A DNA stretch of 64,000 bases from Stegostoma tigrinum (lineage: Eukaryota), in contig NC_081356.1 in assembly GCF_030684315.1 (NCBI RefSeq), forward strand, positions 40,821,197 to 40,885,196, written 5' to 3'. The notes below the pieces were generated by a model, which saw only the letters and a program-made list of their open reading frames with translations, searched no databases and had not been told where the DNA came from. The stretch's first letter is position 1; each line of letters opens with the position of its first letter. Made by a program: the position numbers and the translations under genes. Below, in pieces: positions 24,186 through 37,872 of the stretch.

Positions 24186-25686
24186 CTCGAACAGTTCATC
24201 CACTTCACCAACACCTTCCACCCCAACCTTCAGTTCACCTGGGCCATCTCCAGCACATCCCTCACCTTCCTGGACCTCTCAGTCTCCATCTCAGGCAACC
24301 AGCTTGTAACTGATGTCCATTTCAAGCCCACCGACTCCCACAGCTACCTAGAATACACCTCCTCCCACCCACCCTCCTGCAAAAACTCCATCCCCTATTC
24401 CCAATTCCTCCGCCTCCGCCGCATCTGCTCCCACGATAAGACATTCCACTCCCGCACATCCCAGATGTCCAAGTTCTTTAAGGACCGCAACTTCCCCCCC
24501 ACGGTGATTGAGAACGCCCTTGACCGCGTCTCCCGCATTTCCCGCGACACATCCCTCACACCCCGCCCCCGCCACAACCGCCCCAAGAGGATCCCCCTCG
24601 TTCTCACACACCACCCTACCAACCTCCGGATACAACGCATCATCCTCCGACACTTCCGCCATTTACAATCCGACCCCACCACCCAAGACATTTTTCCATC
24701 CCCACCCCTGTCTGCTTTCTGGAGAGACCACTCTCTCCGTGACTCCCTTGTTCGCTCCACACTGCCCTCCAACCCCACCACACCCGGCACCTTCCCCTGC
24801 AACCGCAGGAAATGCTACACTTGTCCCCACACGTCCTCCCTCACCCCCATCCCAGGCCCCAAGATGACATTCCACATTAAGCAGAGGTTCACCTGCACAT
24901 CTGCCAATGTGGTATACTGCATCCACTGTACCCGGTGCGGCTTTCTCTACATTGGGGAAACCAAGCGGAGGCTTGGGGACCGCTTTGCAGAACACCTCCG
25001 CTCAGTTCGCAACAAACAACTGCACCTCCCAGTCGCAAACCATTTCCACTCCCCCTCCCATTCTCTTGATGACATGTCCATCATGGGCCTCCTGCACTGC
25101 CACAATGATGCCACCCGAAGGTTGCAGGAACAGCAACTCATATTCCGCCTGGGAACCCTGCAGCCATATGGTATCAATGTGGACTTCACCAGTTTCAAAA
25201 TCTCCCCTTCCCCCACTGCATCCCTAAACCAGCCCAGTTCATCCCCTCCCCCCACTGCACCACACAACCAGCCCAGCTCTTCCCCCCCACCCACTGCATC
25301 CCAAAACCAGTCCAACCTGTCTCTGCCTCCCTAACCGGTTCTTCCTCTCACCCATCCCTTCCTCCCACCCCCAGCCGCACCCCCAGCTACCTACTAACCT
25401 CATCCCACCTCCTTGACCTGTCCGTCTTCCCTGGACTGACCTATCCCCTCCCTACCTCCCCACCTACACCCTCTCCACCTATCTTCTTTGCTCTCCATCT
25501 TCGGTCCGCCTCCCCCTCTCTCCCTATTTATTCCAGTTCCCTCCCCCCATCCCCCTCTCTGATGAAGGGTCTAGGCCCGAAACGTCAGCTTTTGTGCTCC
25601 TGAGATGCTGCTTGGCCTGCTGTGTTCATCCAGCCTCACATTTTATTATCTTGGAATCTCCAGCATCTGCAGTTCCCATTATCTCT
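24186..25686 (+). mobile_element. Young Penelope-like element inserted in the env of unit B
   Basis: Uninterrupted frame from LEQFIHFTNTFHP through CNRRKCYTC and LYIGETKRRLGDRFAEH to LGTLQPYGIN; 14-bp TSD TAGATAGGGGCCAG (24172-24185, 25687-25700). Confidence 0.95.
24465..25334 (+). CDS. Penelope RT C-terminus/linker + GIY-YIG endonuclease (5'-truncated)
   Basis: 289-aa ORF with VVYCIHC..C..LYIGETKRRLGDRFAEH and VANHF motifs, no internal stops. Confidence 0.85.
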   Translation: MSKFFKDRNFPPTVIENALDRVSRISRDTSLTPRPRHNRPKRIPLVLTHHPTNLRIQRIILRHFRHLQSDPTTQDIFPSPPLSAFWRDHSLRDSLVRSTLPSNPTTPGTFPCNRRKCYTCPHTSSLTPIPGPKMTFHIKQRFTCTSANVVYCIHCTRCGFLYIGETKRRLGDRFAEHLRSVRNKQLHLPVANHFHSPSHSLDDMSIMGLLHCHNDATRRLQEQQLIFRLGTLQPYGINVDFTSFKISPSPTASLNQPSSSPPPTAPHNQPSSSPPPTASQNQSNLSLPP

Positions 25687-25992
25687 TAGATAGGGGCCAG
25701 TTCTGTTCTGGATCAGTGCCAAACATCTGGAACATCTGTTCCAGGGAAGGAAACACGCCAACATTTCCAGCTGCCAACTGAACAGTTATCCATGGTATAG
25801 CTCAATGACAGCTGCAAGGTAACTGGCATCTACTGAAGACAAGCAACATTAGTAAATATGAGTGATGCATTGAAATAAACTCTTGGGGGATATTTTGAAA
25901 TGTTACACTTCTATGATACTCTTAGGTATAAAACTTTTACCAGAATGACTGGATCAAGTACAAATGCAATTGATGAACACTTGCCATATTTT

Positions 25993-28892
25993 TAGAGTCA
26001 TAGAGCTGTCTGGCATGGAATCAACTCATCCATACCAACCAGATATCCAAAATTAAGCGAGCCCCATTTGCCAGTATTTGGTCCATATCCCTCTAAACTG
26101 TTCCTAGTGATATACCCATCTAGATGCCTTTTAAATATTGTCATTGTACCAGCCTCCATCACTTCCTCTGATGGCTTATTCCATACATGCACTGCCCGCT
26201 GCATGAAAAAATTTCCTCTTAGGCCCCTTTAAAATCTCCTCCCCCCACCCGTCTTAAACGTATGCCCTCTAGTTTTGGAATTGCCTACCCTTGGTAAAAG
26301 ACCTTGGCTATTCACCCTATTTATGTCCCTCATGATTTTATAAACTTCTATAAGGTCACCCCTCAGGCCAAATGGCCTCAGCATATTCTGCCTCTCCCTA
26401 CAGCTCAAACCCTCAAAATTTGGCAATACTCTTGTAAATCTTTTCCAAACTCTTTCACACTTCACAACATCCTTCAAATAGCAGGAGAGAAGAACTGAAC
26501 AAAGTAATACAAGAATTGCCAAACCAATGTACTGTACAGCTGCAATATGACCTCCTAAGTCCTGTGCTCAATACGCCAACCAATAAAGGCAAGCATACCA
26601 AATGCCTTCTTCACGGCCCTGTCTACCTGAAACAGTAGTTTTGAGGAACTATGAACCTGCACTCCAAGGTCTCTTTGTTCAGCAACAGGACTTTATCAAT
26701 AAGTGTATCAGTCCTGCCCTGATTTGCTTTTCCAAAAAGCAGCACCTCACATTTATCTAAATTAAACTCCATCTGCCACTTCTCGGTCCATTGGCCCATC
26801 TGATCACGGTCCCATTGTTATCTTAGGTTACCTTCTTGGCTGTCCACTACACCTCCAATTTTGGGGCTATCTGCAAACTTACTAAACATGGCTCTATATT
26901 CACATCCAAATCATTTATACAAATGACAAAAGCAGTGGACGAGCACCAATCCTTGTGCCACTGGTCACAGGCCTCCAAGTCTGAAAACTATCCTCTACTA
27001 CTAACCTCTGCCTTCTACCTTTGAGCCAGTTCTGTAGCCAACTGTCTAGTTCTATCAGTATACCATGTGATCTAGCCTTGCTAACCATGAAAAACCTATT
27101 AAGTGCCTTACTGAAATCCATACAGATCACATCCACCACTCTGCCTTCATCAACCCCCTTTGTTTCTTCTTCAAAAAATTCAATCAAGTTAGTGAGACAT
27201 GATTTCTCACACATAAAGCCATGTTGACTATCCGTAATCAGTCCTTGCCTTTCCAAATACATGTAAATCCTATCCCTCAGAATCCCCTCCAAGAATGTGC
27301 CCAGCGTTGATGTCATGCTCACCAGTCAATAATTCCCTGGCTTTTTCTTACCACCTTTCTTAAATAATGGCGCCATGTGAGCCAACTTCCAGCCTTCCGG
27401 CATCTCACTTGTGGAATAGATGATACAAATATCTCAGCAAGGGACGCAGCAATCACTTCCAAAACTTCCCACAAAGTTCTAGGGTATGCCTGATCAAGCA
27501 CCAGGGATTTATCCACCTTTATGCATATTAAGACATTCAGCACCTCCTCTTCTGTAATATGGACATTTTTCAAGATGTCGCTATTTATTTACCCAAGTTC
27601 TTTAGCTTCCATATCCAAAATTAGCACTGATGCAAAATATCCATTCAGTATCTCCCCAATTTCTCGTGGTTTCACACATAGGCAGCCTTGCTGATCTTTA
27701 AGGGGCCCTATTCTCTCCCTAGGTCCCTTTTTGTCCTTAATGTATTTGTGAAATTCCTTTGGATTCTTCTTAACCCTATTTGCCAAAGCTATCTCATGTC
27801 CGATTTTTGCCCTCCTGATTTCCATTTAAGGGTACTTCTACTGCATTTGTACTCTTCTAGGGATTCACTCGGTCCCTGTTGTTTATACCTGACACATGTT
27901 TCCTTCTTTTTCTTGGCCACAACCTGAATTTCTTTCGTTATCCAGTCTTGCCTACGCCTATGAGCCTTGCCCTTCACCCTAACAGGAACATACTTTCTCT
28001 GGACTCTCGAAATCTCATTTTGAATGCTTCCCACTTGTCAGCCATCCCTTTACCTGTGAAAATAAAATGTGAGGCTGGATGAACACATTTTATTTATCAC
28101 ATTTTTTTATCACATTTTATTATCTTGGATTCTCCAGCATCTGCAGTTCCCATTATCTCTGCTACTATTTTAACCCCTTTACCTGTGAATATGTCTAATA
28201 CTGTCAAAATTGGCTCTACTAAATTTAGAACTTTTAACTTTTAGATCTGGACTATCCTTCTCTCTCACTATTGTGAAACTAATACAATTATGATCAGTGC
28301 CTCCAATTCAGGTGCCATCCATGCTTCTTGTACTGATTACTTTTACCCTAGAAGAGATTCTAATGATCTAAAAATGTGAATCCTTCTCTCCTACACCAGC
28401 TCCACAGCCATGCATTCATCTGCCATATCCTCCAATTCCTACTTTCACTTGCTCAAAGCACTGGGAGTAATTCAGATATTACTACCCTCAAGGACTTATC
28501 TTTTTAAATTTCTGCCTAATTTCCTATATTCTGTCCTTAGAACGTCATCTTTTCTCATCCTATGTGGTTGTTTCCAATGCATACAATGACAACCTGCTGG
28601 CCCCTCTCCCCTTTGAGAATATTCTGCACACTCTCCAAGATACCCTTGAGCCTGGCACCATGGAGGCCACACACCATTCTGATGTCTCGTTATTGGCTGA
28701 GAAACATCTGTCTGTGCCTCTGACTGGGCTGTCCCCCATCACAATTGATTGCTTGGAACCTGACCTACCCCTCGTTACAGTAGAGCCAGTCTCAGTAGCA
28801 GAATTTGGCTGCCAGTGCTATATTCCCGTGAAAGTCCATCACCCACTGCATTTTCCAAAACAGCATATTTGTTTGAGATGGGGATAGCCGCA
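25993..28892 (-). mobile_element. Degraded CR1 LINE inserted in the env of unit B
   Basis: ORF1 remnants (ISNKYAVLE, GDSPVRGTDR) at 28560-28890; ORF2 remnants (DSQHGFM..KSCLTNLIEFFEE, LRGDLIEVYKIM). Env sequence is colinear on both sides. Confidence 0.88.
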
Positions 28893-30527
28893 GGTTGTGA
28901 AAATAAAACACAAAGGAGTTTAAAGATGAAGTGAATGAGCTTCAGCCCACCAATGGATATCACGACTTTTGAAATTGGGGTTTAAATCTACAAATTCATC
29001 CATGGATTCGGCTCTTCTCACTTTTAGCTGTGGTCCTAATTGTACTCACCTGGATGTACGTCAGGATGCTGGTGGTTAAGATTGCACATTGGAAAAGACA
29101 GATAACCAAACAGATGGGCACATTCACAATGATTAATCCCTACATATAACCAGGGGCAATGAGATAGAAGGGATATACAGGGTTATGACTATTGTCACTT
29201 CTGTTTGTTCGGATTAGTGTATGTGACCTATGAAACACAATCCTGTATGGATAATTGCCATGAGATTTTTCTGTTTTATTGCAAAATTTTGTCTGTATCT
29301 AAGCCTCACGACTCTGTACATGTCATTACGGGATTTTTTTTTTGTACATACACCTAAATCGCTCATCACACAAATGAAAATAAGCTTGACCAATGTTCAT
29401 AATGGCTTCCACCTTAACATGTAGCCTCCCTTGACAACAACCAGAACATAATGTTACAGTTAGGTTATAAGTTCCTTTGAAGTAGTTTCTTTCTGCTCAA
29501 AACAGTGGAATTGTTGGACAGATAGATCGTCAACTTCACCCAATCATACTTTCTCTGGACTCTCGAAAGCTGGGTATGTTGGCCAAGAAAATTTCTGAAG
29601 TCACAAAACCCAGACAGAAGCTAGATGCTAATGACATTAGTGTAGTGTAAAGGACATATACTGCCAACGGTCATCCTGAGTAGTCATATCTCTTCAAATA
29701 AACAAAGAAGGATGCATTTCTGCAACCAAGAACCAAACACTAAAGCTTGATACAAGGGAACAAATATTGAAAGGATGTTTAATGACTATCAAAGCCATAT
29801 AATCCATTGGTAGCCATTAAGCAAGATTTCTTGATTAGCTGAAACAATAGAAAGATGCAGAGGCAAGGGGAAAAAATATAAAAATAGAACTTGCCTGTTG
29901 ATTAAGGAGGAGACCTTTCAAGGAGACCGACATCGGAAAATTCAGAGATCTGCTGATAGAGGGAGAGAGAGAGAGTAGCTTTGCAGTCACACAGAGAGAC
30001 AGAGAGAATATGGCTCTGCAAAAATATGAGACTTGGGATGCATTGCCATCTCAAAAAAATTTAAAAATAAGATTGTTTAATATGAAAAGCGATTGTAATG
30101 CGTTTCCTAATAAGACCAAAAATCACCAGGTTATAGCCCAACAGGTTTATTTGAAAATACAACCTTTCATAACTCAGCTCCCTCCTCGGGCAGAGTGAGA
30201 GAGAGAGAAAGTTATAAGACACAGAATTTATTAGCAGAAAGGTGACAACCCTAAAACTGGCCGCCTCTTGTTGAATCATTAATCAGTTAGGAAGGAAACT
30301 ACTGATTAAAATGTAAAATCCACATTCCTCTCAAGTCATTGTCCTGAGATAATTAAAGGTTTTATCAATGTATACAAGAGGTAACATCTCAGGTCAGACA
30401 ATTCATTTTAGATGTGACGTCCTGCTTAGAATCTGTCCATGTTTTAAACTGATGTCAGGTTTTATTTTGTTGAGCATAAAAGAATGTACCTGCAACTACA
30501 CAAACATCTTACATGAAATAATTCAAG

Positions 30528-30630
30528 TCTGTGTCTGTGTGTGTACATGTGTGTGTCAGTGTCTCTGTGTGTGTCCATGCCTGAGTCCATGTCTGTGAGT
30601 GTGAGCGTGAGTGTGTGAATGTGAGTGTGA

Positions 30631-30662
<32 letters not shown>

Positions 30663-30705
30663 AAGCCAGAGAGAGAATGTGTTTGTGTGAAAGAGTGTGT
30701 GTGTA
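30528..30705 (+). repeat. Imperfect (GT)n/(GA)n microsatellite
   Basis: Direct inspection. Confidence 0.9.
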
Positions 30706-32928
30706 TACATCCAGACGAGGCAACAGAACTACACCATCTACATGCACACCAAGATCAAGAAACTCAAGAAACTTGGCATCACCACCAGCAATAACCGAGC
30801 TTCCCCTGGTGCCATGGTCAAAACATTACCACAGTTGAAGCCCAACGCAAAATTGAATCCCAATGGCCTCACTGCAGAAACAGAGGAATTCATTAGGAGA
30901 ATAAGACTCCGGGAGTCTTCCAGAAATCCCAAGAAGTTAGCAGTGAGCCCAATGAGACAACAATTGAACCCGAATAGCTGATAAGAGACATCTGTGCTGG
31001 AGCAACCAAAGAAGGAATCGAATTCGACCCCTCCAGAAGGCCATTGCCCTAGGTTCGGCATGTAGGCTTAAGCCATCAGGAAACACTTGAGTGTCAGATT
31101 TGCCACTCACGCTCACAAGTTGGAGCAGAATGTCACCCAGGCACAATACAACACCATCCAAACTCTCAAGACCAATCACAACATTGTCATCACACCAGCA
31201 GACCAAAGAGGAGCCACTATCAGACAGAATAGAACAGACTACTGCAAAGAAATGTACCAACAACTGAACAACCAGGTACACCACAGACAAATGCCTGCCG
31301 ACCCGACCAGAGAATACACCTATGAGCTCAACAGGCTGATAAAAACTTTTGATCAAGTCCTTCAAAGTACCTTACACACTCCCACCCCGCATACTTCTTG
31401 CTTAGGGGACTGCTACTGCCTTCTGAAGATTCACAAAGCCAACACATCTGGACATCCCATTGTATCACGCAATGGGTCTCTACGTCAAGGGCATCTTGAA
31501 ACCTATTTTACAAAGAACCCCCAGCCTCTGTCATCACACCACAGATTTCCTACAGAAACTCAGTACCCACAGATCAGTTGAACCAACAATACTCCTTGTC
31601 ACAATGGATATTTTGGCACTCTACAAGAGCATCCCCCAGAACAACTGCTTCGCTGCAACAGCCTCAGTATTCAAGACCAGCAACTGCCAGACACCAGTTT
31701 ATAATTCACCCGCTTCATCCTCGACCAAAATTTCTTCACCTGCGACAACCTGTTCTTCATTAAGACACACAGAACAGCCATTTGGACTAAATTTGCACCC
31801 CAATATGCCAACATGTTCATGCACACATTTGAACAAGACTTCTCTGCTATGCAAGACTTCCATCCAACACTATACACCAGATACATGGATGACATATTCT
31901 TCCTTTGCTCTCATGGCAAGGAATCATTGAAACAATAACATAACGATATCAACAAAGTTCATCCCATCATCAGACTTACCATGGACTACTCTCGAATCAG
32001 TCTCATTTTTGGACACATGCATCTCCATCAAGGATGGGCACCTCACTCTACAGCAAGCCCATAGATAACCTCATGATGATGCATTTCTCTAGTTTGCACC
32101 CTAAACATATTTTTAAAAAAGTCTTCCTCTACGGACAAGGCCAATGCATATCCAGGATCTGCTCAGATGAGGTGGAATGCGACAGGCACCTGAATGTGTG
32201 GAAGGATGTCCTCATAAGAACAGGATATGATGCTCAACTCATTGATTGCCATTTCCGTTGTATCAGAGAGAAAAACTGTAATGACCTCCACAGAAGGCAA
32301 ACACGAGATGCGACCTATAGGGTACCTTTCATCGTCCAGAACTTCCACGGAGTGGAGAAACTATACCACGTTCTTCGTAGGCTTCAACACATTATTGACA
32401 ATGATGAGTACCTCACTGTGATCTTCTCTACTTCTTGCCTTTCAACAAGTGCTATACCTATAACAGACAGTTGTTCGCAGCAAACTACCCAACCTTCAGG
32501 ATGACATCGACCACAGCACCACAAAATCTTGCCATGGCACCGCCTGCAAGACATGCCAGCTGCTCGGTATGGATCACCATCACACATGGGAACACCATTC
32601 ACCATGTAGACAGCAGATATTCATGTGATCAGCCAATGTTGTCCATCTCATACGATGCAGGCAAGGATGCCCCAAGGCATGGTATATTGGCAAATCTTTG
32701 CACGTGCTATGGCAACAGATGAATGGACACTGCACAATGATCATTGGACAGGGTGTTTTCTCCCACTGGGGGAACACTTCAGGGGTCAAGGACATTCAGT
32801 CTCCAATTTTTGGGTAAGCATCCTTCAACATTGACTTCAGGATACATAACAATGCAAAATCGCCAAGCAGAGGCTAGTAGCCAAAACAGCCTCAGTCGTG
32901 ATCTTGGGTTCATGTCGGACTACAGGTG

Positions 32929-33077
32929 NNNNNNNNNNNNNNNNNNNNNNNNNNNNNNNNNNNNNNNNNNNNNNNNNNNNNNNNNNNNNNNNNNNNNNNN
33001 NNNNNNNNNNNNNNNNNNNNNNNNNNNNNNNNNNNNNNNNNNNNNNNNNNNNNNNNNNNNNNNNNNNNNNNNNNNNN
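32929..33077. other. Assembly gap (149 N)
   Basis: Run of N. Confidence 1.
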
Positions 33078-33099
33078 ACTACAAGTGGCTCCAACACTC

Positions 33100-33107
33100 T
33101 ACATACA

Positions 33108-33140
<33 letters not shown>

Positions 33141-33310
33141 GTGCACACACACACACACATCATCTCTCACACACTCTTGTGCACACACACTCACACATGC
33201 ACACGCGCACATGCACACTTACACACACATAAACTCACACTCACATACTCTCAAGCACGTGCGCACATGCACACATGCCCACAAGCACAAACACTCTTAC
33301 TTTCTCTCTC
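33100..33310 (+). repeat. Imperfect (CA)n microsatellite
   Basis: Direct inspection. Confidence 0.9.
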
Positions 33311-35436
33311 TCTTCCTAACATACACAGACACACAAATTATATCATCCAACATGTTTGTGTAGCTGCAGATACATTCTGTTCTGTTCAAAAAAAACATAG
33401 ACAGATTGTGAGCAAGAACTCACAATTAAGATGCATTGTCTGCCCTGAGATGTCACCTCTTGTATACATTGATAAGGCCTTTAATTATCTCGGGATAATG
33501 ACTTGAGAGGAATCTGAATTTTGCATTTTAATCAGTAGTCTCTTTCCTAACTCTTTATTGATTCAACAAGAGGTGGCCAGTTTTAGGATTGTCACCTGTC
33601 TGTTTATAAATTCTGTGTCTTATACTCTCTCTATCACACACTGCACCTGAAGAAGGAGTTGAGCTGTGAAAGCTTGTATTTTCTATTTAACCTGTTGGAT
33701 TATGACCTCGTGTTGTGTGATCTTTGACCTTGTTCTCCTGTTTTCTTACAAAGTTGAGACTGTTTCATACTGGAACTGACTTGTACTCATAGTGATTTGA
33801 CTGCTTTGGTATTGTGGGACTCCTGGCCAAGTTCATTCATAACATTCTGGTTGGAGTTGTCTAACTTGTTTAAAGAGGCACACGTGCAGTCTCTGAGAGG
33901 GGGATACTTAAGGAGGGACGAGACAACATATGATTCAAGCACCAACCGGAAGTAATGTGTGGGATGTTATCCTTCACGTATTCAGGTAATGTGGATATTA
34001 ATAGCAAGTTTGAATTTTGTTGTAGGATCATGTTTAGTTTTGACTCTTTCAGTCACACAACATTAAGTTCCTGCTTCCACATTTCCCTACCACTCAGTGA
34101 CTGAACAGGATGAACTTGTCAAAGATTTCTTGAAATTAAAAATGGTCCAAGGCCAACAGTGAAGATTCCTTACTCAACTTGCTCCATAAGCACCCCAAGT
34201 CCATACAATGCACTGGTAATTAAACCTACAAGCAAAATTTTGTTCAATGATGTCCACCACAAATTACGACCATTAATAATAGCTTTATTTGGGACCCACT
34301 TTCTGGAGTGGTCCCCTTCACCATTGAAACCACTCTACTTGCACCTGACCTAAAGGATAATGGGCTAAAGGACAGCAAGATCAATGACAAGTGGGAGGAG
34401 ACACAGGACATTTGACATGAAGCCAGGTTCACCACGATCTAGTAACCATACTTGAAGGTCATGCAAAAACACATAAACCAGCTTACTTAGGGCAAAATCA
34501 TAGATGACAGCAGGCAACAAAATCACACCCTATGAACTGGATGATTGAGCAGCTGAGGTAGGGCCACAGGCAGGCTAGCTAGTGGAATGTTCTATCCTGG
34601 ATCTGTTCTGAGGGAGGAAACACACCAACATTTCTGGCAGTTAACCAAGGTGATGATAGCTGCAAGGAAACTGATGTCTACTGAAGACAAGTGACATTTG
34701 TGGATGTAATATATGACTTGAAAGAAAATCTTGGGAATAATTTGAAATATCTGACATTGGCATAAAACTTTTACCAGAAAGATTGGACCAAGTACGATTG
34801 CAGTTGATAAACACTTATCAATCCTTTGCACAGGTAATACAACATGCAAAGGAGGCACAAGATGAGGTGGAAGAGATTCAATGCACCAACCAGTAGGATG
34901 ACTCTTGAAATTGTGGTTCAAGTCCATACCTTCATTCCTGGATTTGACTTCTCTCACATCTGATGTGGTCCTAACTGTACTCACTTTAATATTCCTCAGG
35001 ATGCTGGTAGTTAAGATTGCAGGCTGGAGGTCAGAAATTCAGACAGATGGACAATAATGCCTCTACATGCTTCCCGGGGTTATAAGGTAGAGGGAACTTC
35101 CCGAGTTATTTCTATTGCCCCTATTATTTTTTCTAGCGAATAAAAATCATCTATACATCACAATCCCGTGTGGATTATTGCCACGGGATTTAAATTTCTT
35201 TTTACTATATTTTGTTTGTATCTCAGCCTTACAACATGTATGAATTATTTCATCAGGATTCTTTTCATATGTATAGTTATATCACTTATCAGACATATGA
35301 AGATAGGCTTGACCAATGTACATAATGTCTATCACCATAACATATAACCTCCCTTGACAACAGCCAGATACAGCCTTTTACATTGAGGTTTGAACTTCAT
35401 TTGAAGCAGGTTGTCTCTGTTTTAAAACAGAGAAAA

Positions 35437-36151
35437 TGTGACTGCATTATGGATGCTAAAGCACGGATAGGTGGAACATGGCCAAAACGAAAAGGGATAC
35501 GGAGTATATTGGCCATGCTAATCTCTGAAATCACAAAACCCAGAAACAATCAGCAACTAGGTACTAAGGGCATTAAAATAGTGTAAAGGACATATCCTGT
35601 CAACTGTCATCCTGGATAGATGTATCTCATCAACTAAACAAAGAAAGGATGTATATTAGTAAGCAAGGACAAAACACTCAAGCCTAAAACAATGGAGCAG
35701 ATATTAACAGGATATTTGGAGATTAACAAGGCCATCCAAATGATCAGTAGCCTTCAACCAGGATCTTTGCTGATTGGATAAAGCTATAGAAAGATCCATA
35801 AGCGAGGGTAAAGATCTAAACATAAAACCTACCTGCTGAAGAAAGAGAATATCTAAGGAGAACAGCATGGCAAAAGGCAGAGACCCTCTGAATGTTTGGA
35901 GAAAGAGAGACGACGACCCAGAAAGAGAGACAGAGATAGACAGAAAGCAGCAGCACAAAAACATAAAAGACTCAGGAAGAATTGTAAGCTTTAGGCACAA
36001 ATAGGAATAGAAAGAATATTGTTTAGCATTAAAAGCTATTTTAACTTATTTCCTAATAAAGTTGAGATTGTTACGGATTGTTACCAACTTGTATTCATTC
36101 TGATATGACCACTTCAGTACTGTATACACCTGGGCAATTTCATTCACAACA
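35437..36151 (+). repeat. Array LTR 3 (uninterrupted, ~715 bp)
   Basis: PPT AAAACAGAGAAAA then TGTG; AATAAA at ~36055; ends TTCACAACA. Confidence 0.82.
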
Positions 36152-37872
36152 TTATGGTAGTCTAGTGATATTGGGAACTGCAGATGCTGGAGAATCCAAG
36201 ATAATAAAGTGTGAAGCTGGATGAACACAGCAGGCCAAGCAGCATCTCAGGAGCACAAAAGCTTCCGGAGGGAGGAGGGTAACTTCTTCAGTTTAGGCAT
36301 CCCTGGAAGAGGCTTCGCAGTGAGGTTAAAATTGTATCAGTGATAATGGGAACTGCAGATGCTGGTCTAACTTGTTTCAGAAAGCACATGCAGCCTCTGA
36401 TATATTTAAGGAAGAAGAAAACAATGCATGATTCAAGCAGCAACGGGAAGCAACGTGTGTTATGTTAACCTTCAGACAATACCAAAAATACTAGATACAT
36501 GCAGGACCCAGCTGCTGGAGTAGTGCCCTTCCCCATTGAAACAGCTCTACTCACACCTGACCCAGTGTAAAATAGACCAAGGGACAGGAAGGTACTAGGG
36601 TGAACCATGACCAGAAAGTGATAAGCGCAACAGAAAGGAATTCCTTAATGATCAAGCTACAATGCATGGGGAGGCAGTGTTGACAGTTAATTGCCTTGAT
36701 TTGGCCAATTTGGATAATAAACTCACAAGCTTAACTCAAGAAGTCAGAAAGGCCTCAGGAGAACTGAACAATGACAAGTGGCAGGTGACAACAGCACAAT
36801 AGACAGGGAACCAGGCTAGCCACCAGCTAGTGGCCACGTTCAAGGGTCATGCAAAAGCCATCAACCAGATCACTCAGGCAAAATCAGAGATGACAGCAGG
36901 CAACAAAATTGCACCCTGTGTAGTAGCAATGGAAACTGGATGGTTGAACAACTGAGGGAGGATCTCAGACAGGCTAGATAGGGAAAAGTCCTGTCCTGGA
37001 TCAGTGACGAACATCTGTAACATTTGTTCCATTGAGGGAAATAAGCCAACATTTCCAGATGCCAATTGTGGCAGTTATCCATGGTGTAGTTCAATGACAG
37101 CTACTAAAGATAAGCAATATTCGTATATGCGAATGATGAGTTGCAAGAAAATGTTGGGGAATATTTTGAAAAAATATGGCACTGATATAAAATTTTTACC
37201 AGAAAGATTGGATCAAAAAGAAATGCTGATGATGAACACTTTCCAAACATTTGTGAAAATAATACAAAACACAAAAGAATTTAAAGTTGAAATGGATGAG
37301 CTTCAACCCACCAACAGCTGGCATAACATTTGGATTTGGGGTTCAAATCTGCAAATTCATCCATGGATTGGGCTTTTCTCACACCTAGCTGTGACTCCTA
37401 ATTGTGCTCACCTTGAAATACCACAGGATGCTGATGGTTACGACTGCAGGTTGGAAAGGACAGATTTCCGAACAGATTGACATGCCCACTGTGAATAATG
37501 CCTGTACATGTACCCAGGGGTTATAAGATAGAAGGAATGCCCAGGGTTATTACCTGTTGTCATTTCTATTTGTGGTGATTAGTGTATGCTATCTATACAT
37601 TACAATCCTGTATGGATTATTGTCATGGGATTTTTCTATTTTATTACAAAATTTTGTTGTCTCTCTAAGCCTCACAATGTGTATGCATTGTTATGGCAGG
37701 ATTTTTTATATGTACAGATAAATCACTTGTCAGACATATGTGGAAAGGCTTGACTAATGTACACAATGGCCTTCACCTTAACACTCAGCCTCCCTTGAAA
37801 AGAGCCAGAACGTAATTTTACACATAGGTTTGAATTTCCTTCACAGACCCTTTCCACTCAAAATGGGGCAAT

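Larger units (their letters stand above)
30112..33738 (+). mobile_element. Second-family Penelope-like element with inverted terminal segments, decayed
   Basis: NIVITPADQRGA, LLKIHKANTSGHPIVS, TKFAPQYANMFM, RYMDDIFF, WYIG. 30112-30530 is the reverse complement of ~33330-33735. Confidence 0.85.
29512..33844 (+). repeat. Array LTR 2, split by a Penelope element (30112-33738)
   Basis: Follows PPT-like AAAACAGTGGAA; LTR body to ...TTTCCTAATAA (30112); resumes AAAGTTGAGAC...TTCATAACA (33844). Confidence 0.75.

Noticed and set aside
32744-33506. His/Thr-rich ORFs
   Set aside because: Artefacts of the N gap and the (CA)n microsatellite.
37004-37480. 158-aa ORF as an intact (domesticated) env gene
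   Set aside because: It is a chimera of frames: only the central part matches the env consensus, and it leaves frame within the TM. No array unit has a full open env.
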